From: the human T2T-CHM13v2.0 reference genome, Homo sapiens
Direction: 5' to 3' (one strand)
DNA length: 64,000 bases
NCBI RefSeq assembly: GCF_009914755.1
Contig: NC_060926.1
A program made the position numbers and the translations under genes. Under the pieces are notes generated by a model. It saw only the letters and a program-made list of their open reading frames with translations. It did no database searches and had not been told where the DNA came from. Positions 1 through 26,400 of this stretch are shown here, piece after piece. Position 1 is the stretch's first letter. Each line of letters opens with the position of its first letter.

Positions 1-345
1 GCTCACTTATTCATCATTGGAGCCTCAGGGCCTGGCATGCGGAAGGCAGCAGCAGTCAATGTTTGCTTCATAGAATGTGGGAAGGAGCACTTTGGCTCCT
101 GGGGCATGTGTCCTCTTTGCCATGCAGGGAACACAGGGTCAGCAGAGGGGGTGTGTGGAAGGACCAGCCCGGGCCCGGAGAGCATGCTGTCCTGTGGGGT
201 GATTGGGAGGTGGGGACCCAGCGTCCTGGGCTTGGGTTGTGCCTCCCTCCGCTCCCACTGGGAGGCAGTACTGCCCTGCCCCTCCGGTGTCACCACCTCC
301 AGGGGTTGAAGACATCACCCATCCCAGTCCTGTCCTGTCCCACAG

Positions 346-436
346 GCCCATCTCTACTGCATTGCGGCTGCCGTGGTTGTAGTGACTTACCCCGTGTGCA
401 TCAGTTTACTGTGCCTAGGGGTGAAGGAGCGGCCAG
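346..436 (+). CDS. MFSD2B: MFSD2B coding exon (AHLYC...KERP)
   Basis: cacag| ... |gtatgg; 91 nt. Confidence 0.92.
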
Positions 437-3400
437 GTATGGGGTTTGGTGAGGAGGGAAGCAGAAGCTGGGGGCAGGGCTCTGCTTGGGGGCAGGTTTT
501 GCTTTTGAACTCTGCGAAGCCAAGGTGACACGCTTCTGCGTTGCAGACCCCTCTGCCCCAGCCTCAGGCCCAGGCTTGAGTTTCCTGGCTGGGCTGAGCC
601 TCACTACCCGGCACCCACCCTACCTGAAGCTGGTGATCTCCTTCCTGTTCATCTCTGCTGCTGTTCAGGTACCTCTGGCCAGCTGCCCCCGACAGGCTTG
701 GTGCTGGCCATGCTGACCTTGCATAGGTTCAGGGTGCAGTCTTGGCTTGAGTTTTATAGGGAGAAACCTGCGGCTGGCACATGGCTCAGAGGGGCTGGTG
801 CCGGGAGGGAGATCCCGGTAGGGCTTGTGGGAATGGAGGGCCAGGGCCTGGGCACTAGGAGGCTGACAATGTCTGGGCGGTTTCCTCTCACATTACCTGA
901 AGTGTAGTCAAGTCCACCTGATCACAGCTGAGCAGGTGATGAGGGTGGCCTAGGAGTGGTGTTTGTATCTGTGTTGGGGATAAGTGTCCTTTGTGGGGGA
1001 AGGGACTGTATGATGGTAGCAGCAAGCCAAGGTCCCAATGGAGATGCCAGACTCCAGACCCTGTCCTTGCCCTTGACTTCTGAGCTCCTGCCATGCCCTG
1101 CACATACCCACTTCCTGTCCATCTCCTCAGGTGGAGCAGAGCTACCTGGTCCTGTTCTGTACACATGCCTCCCAGCTACACGACCACGTCCAGGGCCTGG
1201 TACTAACTGTCCTGGTGAGGGGGCCTGGGGTGGTGGAGGCTAGGTCACTTGGGGCCCTGAGCTGGGGACATGTGTGGTCCTTGATGTGACACATATGGCC
1301 AGAGTTCTGGTGGTCAACATTTTGGACTTTGCTTTGGTCTTGGTCACCTGCATTCCAGCAGAGGGTAGAATTGGGGCCAGGATTACAACATTCATAGCCA
1401 CCGGTTTGAACCAGGGGCAAGGCCAAGGTCAGGCATCCAATCTAAAAGCCAAGGCCTTGGGGTCCCAGGCAAAGGCGCTGGCAGCACGGCCCTGGCGTGA
1501 CGATGCTGTCTGCTCACAGGTCTCAGCCGTGCTGAGCACCCCGCTGTGGGAGTGGGTTCTCCAGCGCTTTGGGAAGAAGACGTCAGCCTTTGGGATCTTT
1601 GTGAGTGAGGCGGGAATCAAGGATTGGGGGTGGCCGGAGGGGAGAGGTGAGCGAGGTGACCTTGGTGCCTGAGCCTCCTGGGGCCAGCAGGGGTGGATCT
1701 GTGTTCCCTTGAGTCTTTAGGGCCTAGCACAGGGCAAGGCATGGGGGTCGTCAGTCGAGTCGTGTGTGAAGGAGCAGGCCCCACGAAGAAGCAGGTGGCG
1801 GGACAGCTGGTGTGTGTGTCTCCCCAGGCGATGGTGCCCTTTGCGATCTTGCTGGCTGCTGTGCCCACAGCACCTGTGGCATATGTCGTGGCCTTTGTAT
1901 CTGGCGTGAGCATTGCTGTGTCCTTGCTGCTACCCTGGTAGGCTGGGTGTGGGGGCCTCACGTGTGTCCACAGTGGGTGTCACCTCCTTCATGTAAACCT
2001 GCCGTCCCAGGCCCCCTGCACCCAGCCTGTGCAGGAGATGGAGGCCACCAGCTCCATCCTCAGAGCCCTCCTGAGAGGACATCAGGCAGTAGGAATGGCG
2101 GGGGGCCGGCAGGGGGCTGGCGGGGGGTACGAGCACACAGGCCATCTGCTTCTCTGGTGGCCAGTCTGGTCCTGGGCACAGAACTCAGGGATGAATCCAC
2201 TTTGGCCTCCGTCCCCAGAGAATTCACAGGCTGCTGGTGGCCAAGGGGCTAGGAGGGCTAACTCCACACCCCCGCCGCAGGTCCATGCTGCCAGACGTGG
2301 TGGATGACTTTCAGCTGCAGCACCGTCACGGGCCAGGCCTGGAGACCATCTTCTACTCCTCCTACGTCTTCTTCACCAAGCTGTCTGGCGCATGTGCCCT
2401 GGGCATCTCCACCCTCAGTCTGGAGTGAGTCCCAGGGTTAGGATACAGCAGAGGCACCAAGGACCAGTGGGCAGGAAGAGGGCAAAGCCCCTCACCTACC
2501 AAGCTCAGGGCATCCATGAGCCTGGGGCCTAAGCGCTACTCTTTGGAGAGTGTGGGGAACCACTTCCCCAGGTTTCTCTGTGCATGAGACTGAGAGGGCC
2601 AGCTCCCCTATTCTCAGTTCCCTCTAAACTCTCCCAGGTCAGCCTGTCACCTTGACACTCCTCTCCTGATCTGACCAGGAAATGAAGTCCACGTTTCAGG
2701 AGGGGGTGGGGTGGGGTGAGGTGTCGAGTCCCTCCACCCAGGGTGCCAGGCTCAGCAGGCCCTGCCCTAATGGCTGGCTGATGTTTCTCCAGGTTCTCGG
2801 GGTATAAGGCAGGGGTCTGCAAGCAAGCAGAGGAGGTGGTGGTCACCCTCAAAGTCCTCATTGGCGCCGTGCCCACCTGCATGATCCTTGCTGGGCTCTG
2901 CATCCTCATGGTCGGCTCCACTCCAAAGACACCCAGTCGGGACGCCTCCAGCCGGCTGAGCCTTCGGAGGTAAGCCCCGCACGCCCCCTGCAGCCAGCGA
3001 GGCACAGTGTGGGCTGCTGGGGGAATGACTAACACCAGCCTGCAGACATCCCTGCTGTGTCACACAGTCCTGCCTCTGGGACCTCTTTCCTTAGCTCAGG
3101 GTCACCCTTTTCTCCTGGATTTTCTTCTCCCACTCTGGCCACCCCTTCTCAGTCTTCTTCCTTTGATCACCTGGTAGACTGTGGTATGTGAGGGCTCACT
3201 CCTTGATCTCCTATTGCTTTTGCTCTCCAAAGCCCCCTTGGTACCTCTTCTGCTAGCCTGACCCAACTCAGGCACTCCTTGTGCCTGGTGACTGCTAGAG
3301 CTGCCCCTCCAGCCTGTGCTTCCCTCAACTTCCACAGCCGCATATCACTGGCATGTGGACATTTCCACCTAGTAGCCCACAAGCCTGGCACTCAGTCTCG

Positions 3401-4154
3401 ATGAGCCTCAATGGAACTCATCTTGTCCCCCTAACTGGCTCCTCCTTCTGTGTCCCTGTCTTGGTGAATGACACCATCGTTCCCTCTGGGTGGAAGCCTA
3501 GGAGTCTTCTGCTCTTCCCTCCCACGGGCAATACTGAGCAGGTCTCTGACCTGGTCCTTCCCCTACCAGAACACCGACCCCACTGACGGGGAGGATCTAC
3601 TCACTGTCTGACCTTCCGGGGAGGCTATGGGAACCTTGAAGGCTGAGGCTGGCTGTTTTATTCCTTTTTGTATCCCAAGAGCCCAGCACAGAGCCTGAGG
3701 CCAAGCAGGTACTCAGGAATCACTGCTGCAGCATCACCACGTCTGGTCCAGCAGACGTGCACAAGCACCCAATGTTCACACAAGTAAGGTCCACGAGCAT
3801 GCACATATCATGCAGGCCCACGCGGGACAGGCAGTGGGTGGCCTTGTCATCAGCCACTCCCTGCTGAGGGTGACGGCCTCGGGCTCTGCAGCAGAGAGAT
3901 ACTGAGGGCATGCTTCCCAGTCAGGGAAGGCCAGGCGGATGGGGAACTGCTTGATGACACTTGGAGAAACAGGGTTGTAGCTCATCTACAGGACTTGGGA
4001 GGGGAGGAGTTGAAGAGGAGTTGCTGGGAAGACAAGGAGCAGCCACCAAACCTTCCGCGGGCTTCTGCGGCAGGACAGAGGGCCCACACCACTTCCATCC
4101 TTCTCCTTGGCTTCCTTCCCTTCCCACAGGAGGACCAGCTACAGCCTGGCCTAA
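346..4154 (+). CDS. MFSD2B: MFSD2B, sphingosine-1-phosphate exporter (MFS); 3' part only, join(346-436,547-668,1131-1214,1520-1600,1828-1937,2281-2424,2793-2969,4130-4154)
   Basis: Eight AG/GT-bounded exons join in frame to a hydrophobic multi-TM sequence ([16 protein letters not shown]...[15 protein letters not shown]...FFTKLSG...[13 protein letters not shown]), recognised as the MFSD2B C-terminal half. Confidence 0.95.
547..668 (+). CDS. MFSD2B: MFSD2B coding exon (DPSAP...AAVQ)
   Basis: ttgcag| ... |gtacct; 122 nt, phase matches the previous exon. Confidence 0.93.
1131..1214 (+). CDS. MFSD2B: MFSD2B coding exon (VEQSY...LTVL)
   Basis: ctcag| ... |gtgagg; 84 nt. Confidence 0.93.
1520..1600 (+). 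CDS. MFSD2B: MFSD2B coding exon (VSAVL...FGIF)
   Basis: cacag| ... |gtgagt; 81 nt. Confidence 0.93.
1828..1937 (+). CDS. MFSD2B: MFSD2B coding exon (AMVPF...LLPW)
   Basis: cccag| ... |gtaggc; 110 nt. Confidence 0.93.
2281..2424 (+). CDS. MFSD2B: MFSD2B coding exon ([10 protein letters not shown]...TLSLE)
   Basis: cgcag| ... |gtgagt; 144 nt; MFSD2-family motif [11 protein letters not shown]. Confidence 0.95.
2793..2969 (+). CDS. MFSD2B: MFSD2B coding exon (FSGYK...SLRR)
   Basis: tccag| ... |gtaagc; 177 nt. Confidence 0.93.
4130..4154 (+). CDS. MFSD2B: MFSD2B terminal coding segment (RTSYSLA*)
   Basis: Long pyrimidine tract then cacag|; TAA at 4152-4154. Confidence 0.85.
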
Positions 4155-4488
4155 AGCTTAGGAGGGCGACTGTGAATGGACACAGGAGCCAGCACCCTCG
4201 GGGCCTGACATCGCCCTCCTCAGCCCTCCAGCACCTGGTCTGGCAGTTTAGTATGTGACCTTTCTCCCTGGGATGTGGAGTCTTCGGCAACGTGTCCTGA
4301 AGGGACTGGCCCGCACTCCAGGACCCCACTTGGCATTTCTTGTCTGTTGCCTTCAGACTATCTCAGATAGGCCTGTGCCCCTGACTAGCCCAGTAGCACT
4401 TGTCTCTAGAAAAAGGAAGCTCCTGCCCAACCTGGCTTGTGGACCAGTAATATCTGTGGCCTACCACCCATTCAAGAAAACGTTACAG

Positions 4489-4800
4489 CCGGCTCACTGC
4501 AAAATCCGCCTCCCGGGTTCACGCCATTCTCCTGCCTCAGCCTCCCGAGTAGCTGGGACTACAGGTGCCCGCCACCACGCCCAGCTAATTTTTGTATTTT
4601 TAGTAGAGACGGGGTTTCACCGTGTTAGCCAGAATGGTTTCGATCTCCTGACCTCGTGATCCGCCCCGCCTCAGCCTCCCAAAGGCATGAGCCACCGTAC
4701 TCGGCCTGCCCAGGCTGGTCTTAAACTCCTGGCCTCAGGTGATCCTACTGCCTCAGCCTCCTGAGTAGCTGGGATTACAGACACAGCCCCCGTTCCCAGC
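4489..4800 (-). mobile_element. Partial AluY plus Alu fragment in the MFSD2B 3'UTR
   Basis: Antisense Alu consensus (gggttcacgccattctcctgcctcagcctccc...). Confidence 0.85.
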
Positions 4801-4976
4801 TCTAGCATTTCTTAAGGACAAAATTGGTGTGTAAGTAACAGGAAATTCACATTATGCTGTACTCATTCTCTAATATCACAGCCATGTTAGAACAAATTTG
4901 GGTTTTCAAAACAAGCGTAACTGAACAGAGTATATATATGTATGTATATAAATATATAGAAATCCTAAATGGTCCC

Positions 4977-5799
4977 TGTGACATAAGAAATACACATTTG
5001 GTCTCTGCCCCAGGTTCCTGGCACAGAGCTTCTAAAATGCTAGTAACTTCCTGAGTGGTAGGGGTGAGGGGAACATCTTTTGTTATACATAAGAAGCCCT
5101 TTTCAAACAGATCTGAGTTTATGCTAATGATGTGACTGGCAGAGGATGGGGGCTGGTTGCCAGAGAAACCAACCATGTGATTAGAAGGTTGAAACTTTCA
5201 GCCTTATCTTCCTACCGGGAGGGGACAGGGGCTGAAGACTGAGCTCATCATCAATGATTTAATCAATTGTGCCCATGTAATGGAGCCTCCACTTCCAAAC
5301 GAAGGGTTTCAGAGAGCTTCTAGGTTGGTGAACACATCCATGTACCAGGAGGTCTACCCCACTCCACGGGGACAGAAACTCTTGTGTAGGGGACCCTTTT
5401 AGATTTCATTCTATATACCTCTTCAGCTGGCTGTTCATTTTATAATCAACCAATAAATGTTAAGTAAAGTGTTTCTCTGTGTTCTATGCATTATAGGAAA
5501 TTATCGAATCTGAGGAGGGTTTTGTGGGAATCCCCTATTTGCAGCCAAGCTGGAGAGAAGTGTGTATCGCCTGGAGACCCACTACTTGCAACTGGTATTG
5601 GAAGTGGGGATCAGCCTGTTGGACTGAGCCCGTAACCTATTGGGTCTGCACTAACTCTGGGTAGTATCAGAACTGAATGAAATTGTAGGGTACCCAGTTA
5701 TGTCCATAGAGAACTGAAGAATCGCTTGGTGTAGAAAAACCCACACATCTGATGTCAGAAGTGTTCTGTGGTTACAGAAAAAAATAGTTTCTCCTTTTA

Positions 5800-5800
<1 letters not shown>
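4977..5800 (+). mobile_element. Solo LTR, MER21-like
   Basis: Starts tgtgacataagaaatacacatttggtctctgccccaggttcctggcacagagc and contains gagaaaccaaccatgtgattagaaggttgaaactttcagcc, matching the MER21 consensus as I recall it. Confidence 0.7.
5452..5457 (+). terminator. MFSD2B: Probable MFSD2B poly(A) signal AATAAA
   Basis: First AATAAA I find after the stop, followed by GT-rich gtgtttctctgtgtt. Confidence 0.65.
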
Positions 5801-7745
<1,945 letters not shown>

Positions 7746-8058
7746 ATTAAACAATCCTTTGAAGAATTTAGCTCTTCTCTCCCTGCCTCCAAAGCCAGCA
7801 AATATGAGATTATTTTCTATTGTTCCAGTGACTGTAATAATAGCAGAGGTCAAGGAAACATCTCTTGTATGAGAGTTGTCATGGAATCAGATTTGTTGTA
7901 AAGAACCATTTATATTCTGGACTGTCCACCAGAAGAAGGAATACAGACAACATATGCATATATAACTGCAAGATTATTGCCGGTTCCTCTATAGCAGCAA
8001 TAATCGCAAAGAAAATACTACCAAAACATCCAAAACAGCCACAATAACCATTAGTGAT

Positions 8059-8064
8059 TTTATT
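8059..8064 (-). terminator. WDCP: Probable WDCP poly(A) signal AATAAA
   Basis: tttatt on +; GT-rich sequence follows on the minus strand. Confidence 0.7.
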
Positions 8065-9630
8065 GAAGACTTATTCACAGTATTTTGACCTGAGAAATGG
8101 TGATTTTAACATACCCTTTTAGGTGCCCACATTGATCTTAGTTAACAGTCTTGTAGTTCCCTCTTTAGGCTTCAAGATAATTGTGATTTCATCGCACCCC
8201 AGATACTTCCAAGTGGAGCCAGGCCTCAGACTGTTCTCAGTCACTGCTCTCCCACAGCTGATTACAGACATTGCCTGTGCTTCCTACCCCAGCAGCTGTC
8301 TAGTGCACTTGAACCACAAAATGGGCCCTCACTTCTTTCCTAACCCAGCTCCATCTTGGTAAACTGTAACAGACAGACAGGAGTCCCCAAGGGCACAAAA
8401 TAGTTTCTTTCCAGATGATTTTAAAGGAAGGGGGGAAAAGGAAGCATATGTGCTAATGGAGCTTCTATGGCTGAAACAATTTATCTGCAGATGCCTAGCC
8501 ACTCACTGATCAATTTGTTATGCGCCGTGACTGAAATCTGTGATTCCATCTGAAGGCAGTGAGAAGTGGTGTTACCATCTGAAGTGGGTCAGGGCTCTTA
8601 CCTGACTAAGCTGGTACTTTAGCCCATAAGTGAAACAAAATGGCACTTTTTAGGACTACCTCAGATTCGGTTGAATTTCTAACTTCCTGAAATACTTTCT
8701 CTCACAGATTCTCTGCTGGTCTCTAAGACTTAAAAGGAGAGAAAATAAAAATATCAAATTAAAGTGACAAGTTAACTAAGGGAGCTGACTACTGGGAGAA
8801 AAATAGGAAAGTTGCGTGATCCCAAAACTGGATTTAAAAAAAAAAAAAGTTATTTCAGGGACACTCATGAGTGGCCACAGCACAAAATCCTGCAGTAGGA
8901 CTTACCTGGGCTCGACAGTGTGGTAGCAGCATCGGCACAACCTCAAGTGGAACCCAGAGGGGACAAATTCCCTTGAAATTTCATTCAAAATTTTCCCAGG
9001 GCCAGTTTTTAAGAGTACCTGGACCTTCGTCAGCCAGAATTTGTTAAGGAAGCAAGAGGGTTTGGTTTAAATTCTGGGAGGTCCAGGCAACATCAGAGCC
9101 ACTTCCTGTTCCTGAGAGCAGAAGCCAGTGGGTCTCTGGTCCTCCTTGGAGCTCTGCTAATTCTTGCTGGTTTGAGGTTAATATGCTAGAGCACATGCCC
9201 CCCAGCAGACTCCTCAACCTCCTCTTGAAGCCAAGAAAAAGACCTATAACAATGCCAAGGTATCTTTTAAGTGCTCCTAAGACAGCTTCAATGCAGCTTT
9301 GGACAAGGGACACAAAGCCTCAGAGAAACCATAAAACACCATCCATATGGCACCATAATATTGTTTTGTTCTGAGAATTCTGCCCTTAGTCAAAACCACA
9401 CAGTCATGAATACATAAACACCACTTTCGGAGCCATCTAATAAAGACTGAGCTCTGCTACACAGCAGCGAGCCTCAGCTCAGGGGAAACAGGGGGAAACC
9501 AGGAGAGCCGACCATGGCAAGCGCTTCGCCTGAGTGCAGTGGGAGTCTCATTGGCGAGTGTCCAGTGTCAAGCAGGCCTTGTTTGTAATGGTCTCATCTG
9601 AAGAGCTACACAGCAAGGACACTGCAGATA

Positions 9631-18193
<8,563 letters not shown>

Positions 18194-18439
18194 CCTTTTG
18201 ATAAAGGTTACCTGAAATGATTAAGAAGGAAAGTTACACCATGAGAAATCTAGACAAATCTAGAATGTAGGACATTTGGTAAGACAACGGCTTAGCCCCT
18301 TCCCAGGTTAATAATGTGGAGAGACAAAAGGACAGGGGGAGTATTATAAATTAAGAGACTACTGAGCTATCAGGCAAATGCAATGTATATACTTTGGATC
18401 TTGAAGAAATAAAATCTTCTACCTAATGAAGATTTTTAG

Positions 18440-18869
<430 letters not shown>

Positions 18870-19432
18870 TAAGCATGTTGAAGCACTTGGGGTAAAATGT
18901 CATGATGCCTACAATGTGCTTTCAAATGGTTTGACAAAAAAAACCCAAATTTTCTATAGACACACAGAAAGAAAACAAATGTAGCAAAATGTTAATAATT
19001 GTAGAGTCTAGATTGAGGCTATGTTAGTATTTATGGTACTTTCAACTTTTAAGTTAGAAAATTTTCCAATTAAAAATTTAAGAAAAGTCTCCTCCATCAT
19101 CTAATTTCTATTCGTCCTTTCACTGCCAAATCAATGAATAACTGATATGCACATCTCTGACTTTATTAGCACTTATTTCAAATCCTTCCAAAGTGGCTTT
19201 TATCCCTCTATTGAAATGACACTCAAAAATCACTGTTTCTATTTCTACTTCTACTTCATCTTATTCAACAGCACTTAATAATTTTCAGAACATTTTCACA
19301 TTCCCTATTGCATTTTATCTTACAATAATCTTTTAAAATAATGTAAAGTAGGTTAGGCAAGTATTATCTTCATTTTTTCACCCTGAATATTTTTCCCCCA
19401 GGCATTTGAATCACTAAAGAAGCATATGCTTA

Positions 19433-22225
<2,793 letters not shown>

Positions 22226-23839
22226 CAACAATCTACAAACATATATAAAGTGATGTTTAACCTTATTAGTTATCAAATAGTTGTGTAAACTGGCAGTACT
22301 CATATTTTTCACCACTCACTCTCTTCTTAATATACTTAAAATGAATTCCATTCCAATTTCTTCTCCAAAACATCTCTCACCAGGCCACCAGTGCTTCCCT
22401 GTCACTGAATCTAAATGACATTTTTCAGCCTTGTTTTACTGAGTAAGTGTCAAAGGCAGAACTTGAGAAGTTGTCTTCAGACTCTAAATCCAATGAAATG
22501 TATTCTCTACCAACCTGGTGATTTGCTTATCTGTAAATTATTTCGCATATCTCCTTGCTAGCTTTGTCCTTGCTCTTAGGATCTTTCACTTAAAAAAAAA
22601 AAAGGGTCTATTATGCTTTTATATATGATGTCAGATTCAGTGGTTCTGCAGCGGCTTGCTAAACGGAGAAAAAAGTCCAGTCATTACTAATGAAGAAAAC
22701 TGTGATCTCTGTCCCACTGGTCTTATGAAAGATAATAATGTTTTCTCCCTAATATCTACTTATGTACTTTAAAAAGAATTTTATTGATAAATAATGCCAT
22801 GATACACTTTCATGGGCAGAGAAAATTCCTAATGGGCCAATTACATCCAAGTCGATTTATATATTTTAGGATACCAAATTCTGTCTAATGTCAATGAGGG
22901 TGTGTGTGGCCAGGGTAGCACAAGACAAGGATTTGGGAATAAGAGAAAAACAAACATAAGTTTACTGAGGTTTTTTTTTGGGGGGGGCGTGGGGGCACAG
23001 TCTTGCTCCGTTACCCAGGCTGGAGTGCAGTGGCATGATCTGGGCTCACTGCAACCTCTGCTTCCTGGGTTCAAGTGATTCTTGTGCCTCAGCCTCCCAA
23101 GGAACTGGGATAGGGGCCCACCACCATGCCCAGCTAATTTTTATATTTTTAGTAGAGACTGGGTTTCACCATGTTGGCCAGGCTGGTCTTGAACTCCTGA
23201 CCTCAAGTGATCCTCCTGCCTTGGCCTCCCAAAGTGCTAGGATTACAGGCGTGAGCCACTGCATGGGCCAGTTTACTGAGGTTTTTAGAAGAATGAATTT
23301 TAATATTGTCATCTTCGGTAACAAGAAGAAATGTGGCACATTTTTCTCAAAAACGCAGTGATAATTACAAAAATCTGCTCCATTCCTTTCTACTCCTGTG
23401 TTAGCCCAGGTTCTGACTTCTCCCTTTTTATTAGGGTAAAACAAGGAGAGGTCCCCTTGATACCAGTCTCTACTTTCCAAATGAGCCTGCATACTATGTG
23501 TTGTTGGGCAGAATTATCTTTAAAAAAAAAAAAAAAAAAAAAAAAGCACAGCGGTGATCATTTTGCTCTTCTGCATAAACACCCTTGATGAATCCCCACA
23601 TCTACAGTATATAAAAAGCCTCAAAATGTCTTAACAAGGCAATTAAAACCTTATATTATCAGATATTGATATATCTTTCTAAGTTTATTCTCTGATCATA
23701 AAGGGCATGCTGAGGAATTTGGAATCTTGGGGGAACCAGCATATATTCAAGTAACAATATGCAGAATGGACCTGAGAAGGAAGAAAGTTGACAAGTAATT
23801 TGAATGCCACAAAGTGAAAATGAAGCAAGTTTGCAACTA

Positions 23840-24471
<632 letters not shown>

Positions 24472-24526
24472 CTAGGCAACACAGGGAGACCCCAATTCTA
24501 CAGAAAAATTTTTAAAAATGAGGTGG

Positions 24527-24625
24527 GTGCTCACTTTGGCAGCACATATACTAAGACTGAAATGATACAGAGCGTAGCATGGCCCCTGCACAGGGATGAC
24601 TTGCAAATTTGTGAAGCGTTCCATA
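24527..24625 (+). pseudogene. U6 snRNA retropseudogene inserted in an AluJ linker
   Basis: gtgctcactttggcagcacatatactaa...tagcatggcccctgcacagggatgac...gtgaagcgttccata aligns to U6 with CpG decay; A-rich tail; diverged TSD. Confidence 0.93.
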
Positions 24626-25849
24626 AAAAAGGAAAATAAAAAATAATAAAAATAAAAATAAAAATTAGCTGGGTGCAGCGTCACACACCTGCAGTCCTAG
24701 TTACTATGGAGGCTGAGAGGATTTGAGCTCAGGAGTTCAAGGTTACAGTAAGCTATGATCACACCACTGCATTCCAGCCTGGGTGACAGAGTGAGACCCT
24801 GTTGGGGAGGTGGGGGTGGGGGCAGTAGGGGAGGAACGTGTGTAGTATGTGACAAATTGAAATTAACATGTGCTTCATGTAAGATGTCTACATGGTACCA
24901 ATGTACCTTAGGCAGTCAGAGGTAAGGATTTGGAAATCACTGACATAGGGTTAATCATTAAAGTCAAGGTAGTGGAGAACCTCACTGTATAAGATCAGAG
25001 GGCCAGGAGGACCAAGGTTTAAATGCTCTTCAGGCATTCCCCAACGCTACTGATTTTGCCTGAAACTAATTGTATACCTATTGTTTCACAATCTCCAGAG
25101 TATAAGTTTTTTGGAGAACATGAAATCAAGAACCCTGGGTGTTTTAGGAGGGAAAAGACCACTGTATTAGTTCAGGTCTCCGGAGAGGTGGTCAGAAAAC
25201 TAAGAGCCGGTGCTCAGTATATAACCATTTAATTCTGTTTTTCATCTTCTTTAAAGACAACTCATGACGAGAATCAAGGGATTCAGGTGAACTGGCATTT
25301 CCAGCAGGTTTAAACAAAAGTACATCCCTCCCCCAACTTGTTTTCCAAGTTTATTGTATTTCCACTATAAAATGATTTCAAGTTCTTTACACTTATTTGG
25401 AAACAAAAATCATACACAAGAAAAAAATTAAGAAGAGTTAACGAAAAAATATTCATCCAAAGAAAATTATGACTAATCCCTCTAGACTCTTCTATGCATA
25501 GTTTGGCTGTCAAACTTTTTCAGTTATACTGTGCAACTTTGTATCACGGTTTTCATCTAACATTATATATTAGCATTTCCCTATGTTATTTAAAAGTTTA
25601 ATAAATTAGTTTTAGAGGCCACTTCACATACACTCAGTGAAGTGACATAATGTACTGAACTGCTCCTAGCTGTACCCAACTTTATCCCGCTACCCGCTAT
25701 AAATAAAGCTCGGACCGAGGTCTTAAGGCTTAAAGCATTTCCTGACTTTGGATGACTTCCTTGGGACATATTCCCAGGAGTGTTATTCACGAGTCACGGT
25801 CATAATCCCTCATTTACACCCACCCCTAGCTCGATCCTCATCCCGCGAC

Positions 25850-26400
25850 CCCTCACACGCGGCCCGCCCCATTCTCCTCATCCTCTCTGCACGCCTGAAT
25901 CTCCTCCTTCCCGCCCCCTACCCACCAAGAGCCGATCCACTTCCCTCCTGACCCCCTACAGCCTCCCCACACCCGCCAGGCCCGGCAGCAGTGGAGATGA
26001 AATACCTTAGGTCTCACTGCCTCACAAAAACACCAATCTCTCTGTGGCCGCCCAACATCACGCCGCCGCACATAAGAAGTTCTGGGCAGCCACCGGAAGC
26101 ACCGGCCCTCAGTCCTCTGATAGGTGGGCGGTGATATCGGTCCTCTGATAGGTGGGTGGTCCTCTGATAGGATAGGCACGCTCCGAGATGGCCCCGTCTA
26201 TTGGCTTTTGAATATGCACATTAGCAGAGGGTTCGTCCCACTGGCCAATAAGCTCTGGCTCTGCCGCACGGATCGCTGGGAGTGGTAGTCCCCGTAAAAC
26301 CACCGACCGCAAGCCCGCCACATTTTCCCTCCCTTAAGCACTTGAGCTCTTTCCCCACTTCTCGTCGGTTCTCTTGTCTAAGGAGTCCAGGAGCCCTAGG
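25850..26400. promoter_or_regulatory. WDCP: WDCP CpG-island promoter
   Basis: CpG-rich; ETS site; CCAAT/ATTGG boxes near 26200 and 26245; three copies of GTCCTCTGATAGG. Confidence 0.8.
26006..26100 (-). other. WDCP: WDCP non-coding exon 1 (TSS approximate)
   Basis: Donor CTAAG|gtattt at 26006/26005 inside a CpG island; ETS motif CCGGAAG at 26093. Confidence 0.7.

Noticed and set aside
9044-9313. 89-aa ORF with a hydrophobic stretch in the WDCP 3'UTR
   Set aside because: GTG start just after an in-frame stop, no recognisable family, and a length expected by chance.
18206-18213. CAG|GTAACC as a recursive splice site at the start of WDCP exon 2
   Set aside because: The reconstituted donor lacks +5G and the intron is short; not supportable without data.
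24527-24625. Functional U6 gene
   Set aside because: Many substitutions, a deletion after ACAGAG, an A tail in place of the T terminator, and no upstream PSE/TATA.
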